Virus record (IMG/VR): IMGVR_UViG_3300028638_000027
Span: 1 to 37,240 of that record
DNA length: 37,240 nucleotides
Origin: a virus
Lineage: Duplodnaviria > Caudoviricetes
Direction: 5' to 3' (one strand)
Shown here: in pieces, positions 23,921 through 32,978 of the stretch
Layout: each line of letters starts with the position of its first letter
Numbering within the stretch: position 1 is the stretch's first letter
The notes under the pieces: model-generated
The model's database searches: none
Seen by the model: the letters and a program-made list of their open reading frames with translations, nothing else
What the model was told of the DNA's origin: nothing
Program-made: the position numbers and the translations under genes

Positions 23921-26071
23921 ATGGCAGTTATTCGATCATTAACCGTCAAAATAGGGGCGGACCTGACCAAACTCCAAACCGGTCTCAACGATGCGAAAAA
24001 ACATATCAACAAATTTGGCAGGGACATGACCGCCGCCGGGCAGACCCTGACGAAATCGATCACCGCTCCAGTCGTCGGGATGACTGTCGCCCTCGGCAAG
24101 ATGGGCCTTGATTTTGATGATGCTTTTGATAAGATCCGCACCGGAACAGGGGCGACCGGTGACGCACTCGCCGGCCTACAGGATAATTTCAAAAACGTCA
24201 TGAACCAGGTTCCAAACAGTATGGACGAGGTATCTACCGCGATTGCGGATCTAAACACGCGCACCGGGCTCACCGGAACCGCTCTCGAGGATCTCGCGGT
24301 CCAGTTTCTAAACCTTTCTAAGATTACCGGGGAGGATCTCTCTACGACGATTGCCACGTCTACCCGGCTATTCGGGGACTGGTCAGTCGCGACTGAGAAC
24401 ACCGGCACAACGATGGATTATCTGTTTAAGGTCTCACAGTCCACAGGCATTGGGGTCACTGCTCTGTCAGACAACCTCGTTAAATTTGGTGCGCCCTTAA
24501 GACAAATGGGCTTTGACTTCGAGACATCTGCCGCCCTCATGGGGAAATTTGAAAAAGAGGGCGTCAACATGGAACTGGTTCTTGGTGGCCTTCGGATTGC
24601 CCTCGGCAAGATGGCCCGTGCGGGGATTACTGATACCAAGGCTGCGCTAATTGAAGTCACTCAGCGGATCAAAGACGCGGGGTCCACCGGCGAAGCGAAC
24701 GCGATCGCCCTCGACTTGTTCGGCGCTAAGATAGGCCCGGACATGGCCGCCGCGATCCGCGAAGGTCGTTTCGAGATCGATGAGTTTATGACCACCCTTG
24801 TCGGGTCCACAGAAACAATAGGCAAAGCCACCGAGGACACACGGGGTTTCGCCGAAAATATGCAGATCATGAAAAACAACCTACTGACAGCCCTGGAGCC
24901 GCTCGGGACTAAACTTGTCGAAGCGCTCGATACCGCAATGCCACTGGTTGCTTCGCTCATTGATCACATCGCCGGACTCGTCGACCGGTTTATGAACCTG
25001 GACCCAGAGATACAAAAGGTCATTCTTTCGGTCCTTGCAGTCGCCGCCGCAATCGGCCCGGCGCTGATCGTCATCGGTAAAATGGCGACAGGGGTCGGGA
25101 GCCTCATTCCGCTAATTGTTGGGCTATTATCACCGATCGGACTCGTCGTCGCGGCGATCGCTGCACTCATCGCGATCTTTGTTTATCTTTTCAAGACCAA
25201 TGAGACCTTCCGGGACGCCGTTGTGGCCGTTTGGACTAAGATCAAAGTGGTCGGGATTTCAGCTTTTAGCGCGGTCCGGGACATCGTTAAACTCGCCTTT
25301 GAAGCAATCACCGCGATCATCAACGTTTTTGTGGGGTGGGCGACTGCGATCTGGACCCAGTACGCCGACACGATCAAAGGGGTTTCTTCGGTTTTATTTG
25401 AAACCATCAAAGGTGTCATCGCAGGAGCGCTCAAGGTCATTGAGGGCGCTCTTAATGTTTTCATCGGAATATTCACAGGCGACTGGGGCAGAATGCGCGA
25501 TGGCGTCAACGCGATATGGTCCGGACTATGGGACACGATAAAATCGGTCATAAGCGGTGCGTGGAAATTACTCTCTGGGGCGTTTAACGCGCTAAAAGAC
25601 AGCATTGTCGGGTATTTTACAGGCCTTGCAAAAGACGCCCTCAAATGGGGCTCAAGTATCGTTCAGGGTCTCATCGATGGACTTAAGGCCAAACTCACGG
25701 CGCTCAAAAAAGCCGCGAAAGCCGTCGCTGATGCCATAAAAGACCGGATCAAATCTACCTTGAAAATATCATCACCATCAAAAGTCATGGAGGAATACGG
25801 GAGAAACATCTCACAAGGTCTGCAGATAGGAATCGACGCTGTCCGTGTAGATCCGGTGATCAGTCTCAGCAAGATCCCGGACGCGGGTGCCTTCGACAAG
25901 CGCATACCTTCGCCCACATCACTCACGGCTAGCAGCCTCACGATGGGTGCTTCGGGCGGGATCAGTGTTAACTTTTATGCGCCGGTCTATGGCCTTCTCG
26001 ATTTCGAGCGTCAGGTCAAATCCATTGTAAAAGATGCAGCTATCAACGGCGCTTTCCGGGGGGTTTTATAG
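23921..26071 (+). CDS. Tail tape measure protein (716 aa)
   Basis: SLTVKIGAD, LTKSITAP, periodic aromatic repeats, GDWG, LKISSPSKVM. Confidence 0.95.
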   Translation: MAVIRSLTVKIGADLTKLQTGLNDAKKHINKFGRDMTAAGQTLTKSITAPVVGMTVALGKMGLDFDDAFDKIRTGTGATGDALAGLQDNFKNVMNQVPNSMDEVSTAIADLNTRTGLTGTALEDLAVQFLNLSKITGEDLSTTIATSTRLFGDWSVATENTGTTMDYLFKVSQSTGIGVTALSDNLVKFGAPLRQMGFDFETSAALMGKFEKEGVNMELVLGGLRIALGKMARAGITDTKAALIEVTQRIKDAGSTGEANAIALDLFGAKIGPDMAAAIREGRFEIDEFMTTLVGSTETIGKATEDTRGFAENMQIMKNNLLTALEPLGTKLVEALDTAMPLVASLIDHIAGLVDRFMNLDPEIQKVILSVLAVAAAIGPALIVIGKMATGVGSLIPLIVGLLSPIGLVVAAIAALIAIFVYLFKTNETFRDAVVAVWTKIKVVGISAFSAVRDIVKLAFEAITAIINVFVGWATAIWTQYADTIKGVSSVLFETIKGVIAGALKVIEGALNVFIGIFTGDWGRMRDGVNAIWSGLWDTIKSVISGAWKLLSGAFNALKDSIVGYFTGLAKDALKWGSSIVQGLIDGLKAKLTALKKAAKAVADAIKDRIKSTLKISSPSKVMEEYGRNISQGLQIGIDAVRVDPVISLSKIPDAGAFDKRIPSPTSLTASSLTMGASGGISVNFYAPVYGLLDFERQVKSIVKDAAINGAFRGVL

Positions 26072-27571
26072 ATGGCAACTGCAACTTATGTCCTCGAGAT
26101 CGACTGGAACAATGACGGGGACTTCGGGGACGCCTACGAGGACGTAACCGCAAACACCGTCTCGATCGAAACCCGCCGTGGGCGTGACTACGCGAGCCAG
26201 CTCACCGGTCGCGCCTCACCGGGGCGGCTCATCGCTGTACTAAGAAATCCGAGCGGCATCTATTCGTCCTATAACTCCGCGGGCCCGCTTTACGGGTCTA
26301 TACTACCGGGCCGATCTGTCAGGCTCCGGACGACGTCACCCGTCGCAACAACTCTGTGGACTGGTATTCTCACGCGGCTAGTACCTGCGGGCGTCATCGA
26401 CGGCGTCCCTATCGCTCAACTCGAGGCAACAGGGCCTATGACCATACTCGCAAATAAGAATATTACTGTGGCCAAACAGTCCAGCCAATACACCGGCTCG
26501 CTGATCGGGGCCATTCTCGACGACATTGGGTGGCCCGCAGGCGCGCGAACGATCGACACGGGTCAGATCCAGGTAGGGTCATGGTATGAACACGACGTCA
26601 CCGCCATGACCGCAATCAGGAACATCGAGGACACTGAACTGGGCTTCGTCTACGAGTCTGGAGCCGGCTATCTCGTCTTTGAGGATAATAATCACAGGCT
26701 GCTAGGGGAACATATCGTCAGCCAACAAACCTATTCCGACGGTACAGACGCGGCGATGTCGTATAGCGCCATTGAGCAGATGGATCCTATCGAGGATATT
26801 TACAATGAACTCATCGTCGACGTCCAGACTTATGTTGTATCGGGGTCCGTATTAGTCCTTTGGACCTTCGAGGACACCGACCCTGTACTTTCTCCGGGTA
26901 CCTCCATCACCATATGGGCGGAGTACCCTAACACCTCCGTGGATTCAGAGAATGGCGCCTTCGCCAATTTATGGACCGTCCCCGTTGTCGGGATCGACGT
27001 CATGCAAACGGGCGTATTAAATACCGACATAGCGATATCTACGATAAGGTTTTCAAACTCAATGAAAATCACGATCTCGAATAACGGCTCGGCCGCAGCG
27101 ACCTTTACGCTGATTCAGGCCCGCGGCGTCAAAGTCACTAAAAATGCGATCATTAGAGTATCATCCGAGGACGCCACAAGCGCGACCAAATATGGAAAAA
27201 GGACGTACAAACTCCCATCGAAATGGCTCCAAAGCGTGAACATCGCGAAGGACTATGCGGACTTCCTCGTCAGCCGCTACAAGGATCCGACACCGCGGCT
27301 GACCATCCGGTACCTTGCGAATAAAGACGCGACGAGCCTCTCAGACGCGCTGTCCCGGGAGATTTCGGACCGCGTCACGGTCACAGCGACTGGGGCAAGG
27401 ACTCAACTGGGGATTGATATCGACTTTTATGTTGAGTCAATCTCACATAAGATCCGAAACGGGGGCGCGATCCATGAGGTCGAACTCACGCTGTTTGACT
27501 GCCTCACGGACGGGGACTACTGGCTACTAGGAACGAGCGCACTCGGAACAGAGACGCGCCTGTCGTATTAA
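26072..27571 (+). CDS. Minor tail / tail-tip (hub-like) protein
   Basis: Abuts the tape measure gene; EDVT...RRGRD...G.L...L.NP.G.YS N-terminus, SATKYGKR, FYVESISH, WLLGTSALG. Confidence 0.75.
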   Translation: MATATYVLEIDWNNDGDFGDAYEDVTANTVSIETRRGRDYASQLTGRASPGRLIAVLRNPSGIYSSYNSAGPLYGSILPGRSVRLRTTSPVATTLWTGILTRLVPAGVIDGVPIAQLEATGPMTILANKNITVAKQSSQYTGSLIGAILDDIGWPAGARTIDTGQIQVGSWYEHDVTAMTAIRNIEDTELGFVYESGAGYLVFEDNNHRLLGEHIVSQQTYSDGTDAAMSYSAIEQMDPIEDIYNELIVDVQTYVVSGSVLVLWTFEDTDPVLSPGTSITIWAEYPNTSVDSENGAFANLWTVPVVGIDVMQTGVLNTDIAISTIRFSNSMKITISNNGSAAATFTLIQARGVKVTKNAIIRVSSEDATSATKYGKRTYKLPSKWLQSVNIAKDYADFLVSRYKDPTPRLTIRYLANKDATSLSDALSREISDRVTVTATGARTQLGIDIDFYVESISHKIRNGGAIHEVELTLFDCLTDGDYWLLGTSALGTETRLSY

Positions 27572-27582
27572 GGGGTGAGGCA

Positions 27583-27963
27583 ATGCGAAAATCAAAAGAG
27601 ATCATCGGAACGAACGCTTCAAATTTCGCGCGTATCATATCAAGGAAACTGAACAGACAAATCGTCGATGAGGTCGACGGGGACCTTGTCGAGGCGGAGA
27701 TCAATCACGGGAGGTGGATCGTTCGCTGTCCATATTGCACCGGGGCGGAGATCGCCGACCGCGAGGATCCTGTCTTCCTATGTCTATCCTGTTTCAATGA
27801 GACGAACGGCGGAAAATTCCGACCGGTCCGTTTTCCGGCGGACGCGCTCAAGATCGAGAACACCCTCGGCAAGCGTAAAAAAGAAGAAAATCAGAACTGG
27901 GTCCCCGGCGAAACCGTCGTGGATCTCGAGAACGAAACTCGGGAAAAAGGGGGCGCTGAATAA
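27583..27963 (+). CDS. Four-Cys tail-associated protein
   Basis: NHGRWIVRCPYC...FLCLSC...QNWVPGET. Confidence 0.7.
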   Translation: MRKSKEIIGTNASNFARIISRKLNRQIVDEVDGDLVEAEINHGRWIVRCPYCTGAEIADREDPVFLCLSCFNETNGGKFRPVRFPADALKIENTLGKRKKEENQNWVPGETVVDLENETREKGGAE

Positions 27964-29591
27964 TGGCTTGGACCACACCCAGAACATGGACCACGGGCGA
28001 AATCGTCACGGCGGCCAATATGAATACACACGTGAGGGACAACTTATTAGAAACGGCCCCGGCTAAGATCACTACACTAGGGGATCTTCTTATAGGGAGC
28101 GGCGCAAGCGCGGCCAAGCGTCTCGGACGCGGCTCCGCGTATGCCGTCCTTGGCGTCAACTCGGGCGGGACTGACCTCGAGTGGTCAACCCCACACCTCA
28201 ATAATTACGCGAACCACATCCCATACGCGATCACGGGTGGGACATCGACGGCATACACCGTCACCCTATCACCCGCGCCCGCGTCTATGGCCGAGGGCTT
28301 TGGGATCTCAATCAAGATGCACCTGACTTGCGGCGCGACACCGACGCTCAACGTCAACGGCCTCGGCGCGAAAACACTAAAAACTCATTACGGGAACGCC
28401 TACGCCACGGGCGAACTCGTCTCAGGTCGCATCTACACCTTCCGGTATAATGGTACGGATTTTTTGGCATCTAGCGCCGGAGGGATGGATTCATTCTTCG
28501 GGGGAGGGACCGACGGCGCGCTAAACACAACCGGAGACGTGACCCTGACGTCAACACTAGATGGAGTCGCGGTCGTCAAATACTACTCGTCGATCACTAT
28601 AAACGCCGGCCATACGCTCACCGTCTCAAATCCTTGCGCCGGGCTCATCCTATATTCAGAGGGCGACATCGTCATCAGCGGGACCATCGACATGAGCGCA
28701 AAAGGTCCGCGAGGAGCAAGATATACGTCTCAAGTCGTTTTTGTCGACAAGAATATTGATAAGTATTACAAAGTGACAGGCACCAACAACTACCGTTTAG
28801 GCGGGGCAGGTGGATCGGGCGGGAACGGCGGAATGCACTCCTATGGCGGGAATGTTTATGCCGGCAGCGGTGCATCCAGTCCCGGGTCAGTCCGTGCTTA
28901 TTACGGAGGATTAGGCGGTGGCGGCGGAGGGGGCGGAGGATGCTCAGGAACCGGATCCAATACAGTGGACGGCGGGGATGCTGGCGGAACATCGTACAAC
29001 TTCCATGACGTTGGGCGTATGAACGCACCCGGTGGATTAACTTTTATTGTATCCGCGAACTTCGCTGCCAGGATTAACGGACAAGGGTGGGATACATCAT
29101 GCACAGGCGGCGGGGGCGGCGCGGCTTCATCAACAACCTCATATAATGCTCAAGGCGGGGATGGGAGTTATTCGTTCGGATCTGGCGGTGGCGGAGGCGG
29201 CGGCGCATATGTTACCTCTACATCAAGCCCAACCGCGAATTTTGGGTCTCAAGGCGGATACGTCGGTGGATTTATCCTTATCGTCGCCCGCGGGAGCATT
29301 ACCGTAAACTCTGGAGGATATATAAAAGCAAACGGGAGCAACGGCGGAGATGGCGGGTCCGCAGCGATAAGCGGGTCGTGTAGTGCGGGCGGCGGTGGAG
29401 GCGGTGGTGGATCCGGCGGTGGGGTCATTATGTTGAGGTATACCACCACCTACACCAATAGCGGCACTGTCCAATCGCTCGGTGGATCCGGGGGAGCCGG
29501 CGGAGCGGGGGCTGGAACGTATGCCCTCGCGGGACAAAGCGGGTCCGCGGGATCGGCCGGGACTATTAACTCTAATCAAATCGTTCCATAA
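27963..29591 (+). CDS. Tail fibre / receptor-binding protein with glycine-rich C-terminal domain
   Basis: MAWTTPRTWTTGEIVTAANMNTHVRDNL N-terminus, TLNVNGLGAK middle module, multiple poly-Gly runs. Confidence 0.8.
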   Translation: MAWTTPRTWTTGEIVTAANMNTHVRDNLLETAPAKITTLGDLLIGSGASAAKRLGRGSAYAVLGVNSGGTDLEWSTPHLNNYANHIPYAITGGTSTAYTVTLSPAPASMAEGFGISIKMHLTCGATPTLNVNGLGAKTLKTHYGNAYATGELVSGRIYTFRYNGTDFLASSAGGMDSFFGGGTDGALNTTGDVTLTSTLDGVAVVKYYSSITINAGHTLTVSNPCAGLILYSEGDIVISGTIDMSAKGPRGARYTSQVVFVDKNIDKYYKVTGTNNYRLGGAGGSGGNGGMHSYGGNVYAGSGASSPGSVRAYYGGLGGGGGGGGGCSGTGSNTVDGGDAGGTSYNFHDVGRMNAPGGLTFIVSANFAARINGQGWDTSCTGGGGGAASSTTSYNAQGGDGSYSFGSGGGGGGGAYVTSTSSPTANFGSQGGYVGGFILIVARGSITVNSGGYIKANGSNGGDGGSAAISGSCSAGGGGGGGGSGGGVIMLRYTTTYTNSGTVQSLGGSGGAGGAGAGTYALAGQSGSAGSAGTINSNQIVP

Positions 29592-29605
29592 AAGGGGGCC
29601 AGTTT

Positions 29606-30013
29606 GTGAAGGTCATTTATATTTACAACATGGAATCAGAAATCGAGCGGAACAACCTCAACCGGATCAGGGCAGAACTGGGGGACAATCTGATCCTTGA
29701 ATATGATTATCAAGAGGTCCGGGATATTCTACCCGTTAGGGCAACTCCGGCCTTCGTATTTATTCGCGAAGACCTACAGGGGGATGACCTTCTCGACGGG
29801 GATGCCGAACTTAAAATCACGGCTGAAGTGTATAAGGCAATCACCGATGAGGATGAAAAGATCCACAAACTCAATTCGCGGCGCTTTGATATTATGATCG
29901 ATGGCGAAAAAACAAAAGTACTCAACATGTTTAAAGAAGAACTAAAAGCCGAATTAACTTCGGATGCTCTTTCAGCGGTGCCGCATTCGATTAAAGAAAA
30001 ACTCGGGCTTTAA
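29606..30013 (+). CDS. Hypothetical protein, possible fibre partner or chaperone
   Basis: RBS AAAGGGG; position after the fibre gene. Confidence 0.6.
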   Translation: MKVIYIYNMESEIERNNLNRIRAELGDNLILEYDYQEVRDILPVRATPAFVFIREDLQGDDLLDGDAELKITAEVYKAITDEDEKIHKLNSRRFDIMIDGEKTKVLNMFKEELKAELTSDALSAVPHSIKEKLGL

Positions 30014-30036
30014 CGTGACGAAAGGGGGCGGGGATC

Positions 30037-30363
30037 ATGGCGGCACTTCACGATGAATGCATCAATACGGCACGCATACAAGATCTAACTGAAAAAATTA
30101 AGCTTCAGGGCGAGCAAATCCACAAAATTCAAATCGATGTTGCAAGTCTTCATGAATCCGCCTCAGTCGACCGCGAAAAAATTAATCAAATTTACTCGGC
30201 TCTTTCTGAAATCAAGATGAGTCTTTCCGAAATGACAAAGGAATTAAAAGGACTTCAAAATAGCCCGGATAGTTTCAAAAATTCAATGTTTTTAATCATG
30301 ATCGACATTGTGAAATTGGCAATCCTTGGGGGTCTACTTTACTATTTCGTCATGATGAAATGA
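30037..30363 (+). CDS. Coiled-coil protein with C-terminal TM helix (XhlA-like lysis accessory)
   Basis: Heptad pattern, then IVKLAILGGLLYYFVMM; upstream of endolysin. Confidence 0.65.
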   Translation: MAALHDECINTARIQDLTEKIKLQGEQIHKIQIDVASLHESASVDREKINQIYSALSEIKMSLSEMTKELKGLQNSPDSFKNSMFLIMIDIVKLAILGGLLYYFVMMK

Positions 30364-30374
30364 GGTGAGGCAAA

Positions 30375-31442
30375 ATGAACTTCGAAATCAAACCATTTCC
30401 TTATAAATGGAGCAGCGCACCTGTGCCACTACGAATGAATGAAGTCACCACTTTAGTCGTTCACCATATGGACCACCCAACCTGGACACTTAAAGACGTG
30501 CATGAAGAGCATCTTAAAAAAGGGTGGAAGGGTGCCGGATATAACTACTGGATCGATTTTGATGGAACCATTACCGAGGTGCGGGGACTAAGCTATGGTG
30601 CCCACGCATCCACTTCCAATGGTACATCCCTAGGGATTGGATTTCGCGGTGCTTACCACAGCGTGAATAAAGTGATGCCCGACGCTCAGTACAACGCCGG
30701 GGTATGGCTACTCCGAAAACTTTCTGAAGATCACAACATTAAGCGCATCAGAGGACATTTTGAAGTTGGATCGACGGACTGCCCAGGCAGGTATTTTCCA
30801 CTTATAGAAATGAGGAGTCTTAAATTCAGGGGATATCAAGAGCCTAAGTACTACCGGATATCTCTCACAGACGTCGTGGAAGTCGATCCCTTAGCCTTAA
30901 AAGTGCTCATGGCCGATAAGGCAATGGATAAAGTTGCTGCTTATAACCTGGTGAACGGCGGTTATTTTTGGTTCTATGGTCATGGCCAGACTTATCCACT
31001 AGGCATCATCGTATCAGAAGGTAAAGTCCTCTCGAATCGGCAGCCACACAATAAACCTGCTGGTACCTTGATTGTTTATAGGGATGGCACTGTCAAAGTC
31101 AAAGAGCTGATTAGTATTTCTGGAGAATCAAATATCTGGTTTGCTATTTCGGGATGCTCGATTCATCCTAAAATCAACATGGTGAGCGCTGGTTTTACTG
31201 GAGTCTTCAGCGACATTGGAATGACCAGAAGTCGTCCGATCATCGGATATAATCCAGATAAAAAGAAAGTCATCATTGCAGCTAGACCAAGTACCAACAT
31301 CGCAAGAGCGCAGCTCACTGCTAAGAATCTCGGATGCAGCGTTGCGATTACCCTTGATGCGGGGGACAGTACGAACTTTCGGGTGAAGGGTAAAGACTTT
31401 TTCAACACCAATCGGCGGATCAATCACTTTATCACATGGTAA
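30375..31442 (+). CDS. Endolysin: Amidase_2 (PGRP-like) plus phosphodiester-glycosidase (NAGPA-like) domain
   Basis: VVHH, GWKGAGYNY, GAHA, GH...TDCPG; C-half VNGGYF, RPIIG, AITLDAGDST. Confidence 0.85.
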   Translation: MNFEIKPFPYKWSSAPVPLRMNEVTTLVVHHMDHPTWTLKDVHEEHLKKGWKGAGYNYWIDFDGTITEVRGLSYGAHASTSNGTSLGIGFRGAYHSVNKVMPDAQYNAGVWLLRKLSEDHNIKRIRGHFEVGSTDCPGRYFPLIEMRSLKFRGYQEPKYYRISLTDVVEVDPLALKVLMADKAMDKVAAYNLVNGGYFWFYGHGQTYPLGIIVSEGKVLSNRQPHNKPAGTLIVYRDGTVKVKELISISGESNIWFAISGCSIHPKINMVSAGFTGVFSDIGMTRSRPIIGYNPDKKKVIIAARPSTNIARAQLTAKNLGCSVAITLDAGDSTNFRVKGKDFFNTNRRINHFITW

Positions 31443-31541
31443 CGCGACACGTTTGAATAGAAAAATAGCGGCTTGGATCATGGCAAAATCCAAGTCGCTC
31501 TGTTTGGACGTGTCGCATTCTTTTAGAGGGGGAAAAAAGCT

Positions 31542-31793
31542 GTGGATATCTTGGCATTCATTCAAGATAATATTGTCGTTCTCGTTCCGGTCCTTTGGAT
31601 CTTGGGTACTTTTCTTAAGAAAACACCTGCTATTCCGGATTGGACTATTCCTTGGATTTTAGTTGCGTTAGGCATTGGACTATCAATCGCTTTGATCGGT
31701 ATTAGTGCCGAAGCCATTATTCAAGGCGTTCTCGTCGCGGGTGGCGCAGTGCTTACACAAAATTTGATCAAGCAAACATCCGAACGCAAATAA
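31542..31793 (+). CDS. Phage holin
   Basis: VLVPVLWILGTFLKKTP.IPDWTIPWIL...AIIQGVLVAG...NLIKQ, clostridial holin type. Confidence 0.88.
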   Translation: MDILAFIQDNIVVLVPVLWILGTFLKKTPAIPDWTIPWILVALGIGLSIALIGISAEAIIQGVLVAGGAVLTQNLIKQTSERK

Positions 31794-31807
31794 CGGACTT
31801 ATAAAAT

Positions 31808-31833
31808 CAAAACCCCCAGTTCACACTGGGGGT
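31808..31833. terminator. Terminator between holin and convergent GNAT gene
   Basis: AAAA-CCCCCAGT-loop-ACTGGGGG-T; U-run on the minus strand. Confidence 0.75.
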
Positions 31834-31843
31834 AAGCATAATC

Positions 31844-32449
31844 TCACAACGATCGCATCATTTGCACTAAATATGAAACATCAAAATTATCAAGTTCATC
31901 TCTATCAAGTTTTCTTTTATCAAATTGAATAAAGGCATTGCGTTTGTAAAAATCTATCAACCTAGGTTTATCTTCGCATTCAAGATAAACTATTTTACCA
32001 CCAACTTCATTTTGAATTGCGGTGATCTTTTCACATGCCATTTTCAAAAGTTCATCACCCGTTATCAAATCATTATAGCCGTTGTTAAAATTTTTGCCGA
32101 TCTGAGCAATCAATGGGGCGGCTAAAATATGGGCCTTCAATTCATTATTATAATGTGCAAATCTACTTATTCGCTTACGATAAGTCTTACTAAGTGATGC
32201 TCGAGTAAGATTTATCGTCTTATAACACAACGTAAAATATCCGATCAAGACCGGCTCTTGTTTATACGAAGAAAACACCAGATGTGTTCTGGATAAACTC
32301 TGTTTTGAAAATTCAATGGCTTTATTTTTAAGAAAGTATTCAACATCTTTATTATGTGGGCAGGAATATTCAAATATTATCGGTTTTACAAATTCTTCTC
32401 CCATTTCACTAATGAGATCCGCTAAGTTGACAATATTATATCCAGTCAT
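31844..32449 (-). CDS. GNAT acetyltransferase, TacT/AtaT-like putative toxin
   Basis: YSCPHNKDVEYFLKNKA, LIGYFTL, PLIAQIGKN, GGKIVYLEC...LIDFYKRNAF. Confidence 0.8.
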   Translation of the reverse strand: MTGYNIVNLADLISEMGEEFVKPIIFEYSCPHNKDVEYFLKNKAIEFSKQSLSRTHLVFSSYKQEPVLIGYFTLCYKTINLTRASLSKTYRKRISRFAHYNNELKAHILAAPLIAQIGKNFNNGYNDLITGDELLKMACEKITAIQNEVGGKIVYLECEDKPRLIDFYKRNAFIQFDKRKLDRDELDNFDVSYLVQMMRSL

Positions 32450-32622
32450 CTTTTCTTATCAAAAATAGATCTTATTTGGTCTTTTGAAATGGTATTACAT
32501 TGTTTTGAATAAACTACTTCTCTTGGTTTGATTTTCTCAGCGTACTCTAAAGCCAGAACAAATTGCTCTCCTGCTTTTTTATCTCGTATAACAATATCTT
32601 TCAATATGCTCTTTGTTGCCAT
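32446..32622 (-). CDS. 58-aa protein translationally coupled to the GNAT gene, putative antitoxin
   Basis: Below the ORF-track cut-off: RBS AAGGTG, MATKSILKDIVIRDKKAGEQFVLALEYAEKIKPREVVYSKQCNTISKDQIRSIFDKKR; ATGA overlap with the GNAT start. Confidence 0.8.
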   Translation of the reverse strand: MATKSILKDIVIRDKKAGEQFVLALEYAEKIKPREVVYSKQCNTISKDQIRSIFDKKR

Positions 32623-32739
32623 AGTTTACACCTTCTTTTTTCTAGACTAGAGAATTATATCTACTATCTCATTATATACCCGATGCAAGAAAATGCAATC
32701 CGCATCAAGATTTCTAAATATTAAAATATGGATTCATTT

Positions 32740-32780
32740 AATTAAGTTTAACAGACTTCCAATTAAGTTTAACAGACTTC
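32740..32780 (+). repeat. Perfect 20-bp tandem duplication
   Basis: AATTAAGTTTAACAGACTTC at 32740-32759 and 32761-32780. Confidence 0.9.
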
Positions 32781-32978
32781 ACTAAAAATTCAAGTCGTTT
32801 GTTACTTCAACAATCTTCATAATCATAATGAAACACGTTCAATTAAAAGGCAAACGATTTGGTTCTAATAGCTATCTTCATAAACGAACAAACCGTTGTA
32901 TCTCTTGATATTAGCCGATTTCAGAGCTAACATGAACATGAAACAATAAGTAACCATATTTTGAAAGGGGAAAGGGAT

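Noticed and set aside
23890-25941. Series of long antisense ORFs opposite the tape measure gene (and similar ones opposite other structural genes)
   Set aside because: Expected shadows of GC-rich codon usage; no RBS or recognisable motifs.
31453-31662. 69-aa ORF overlapping the holin as a spanin or antiholin
   Set aside because: No RBS or lipobox, and the host looks Gram-positive; the holin frame explains the region.
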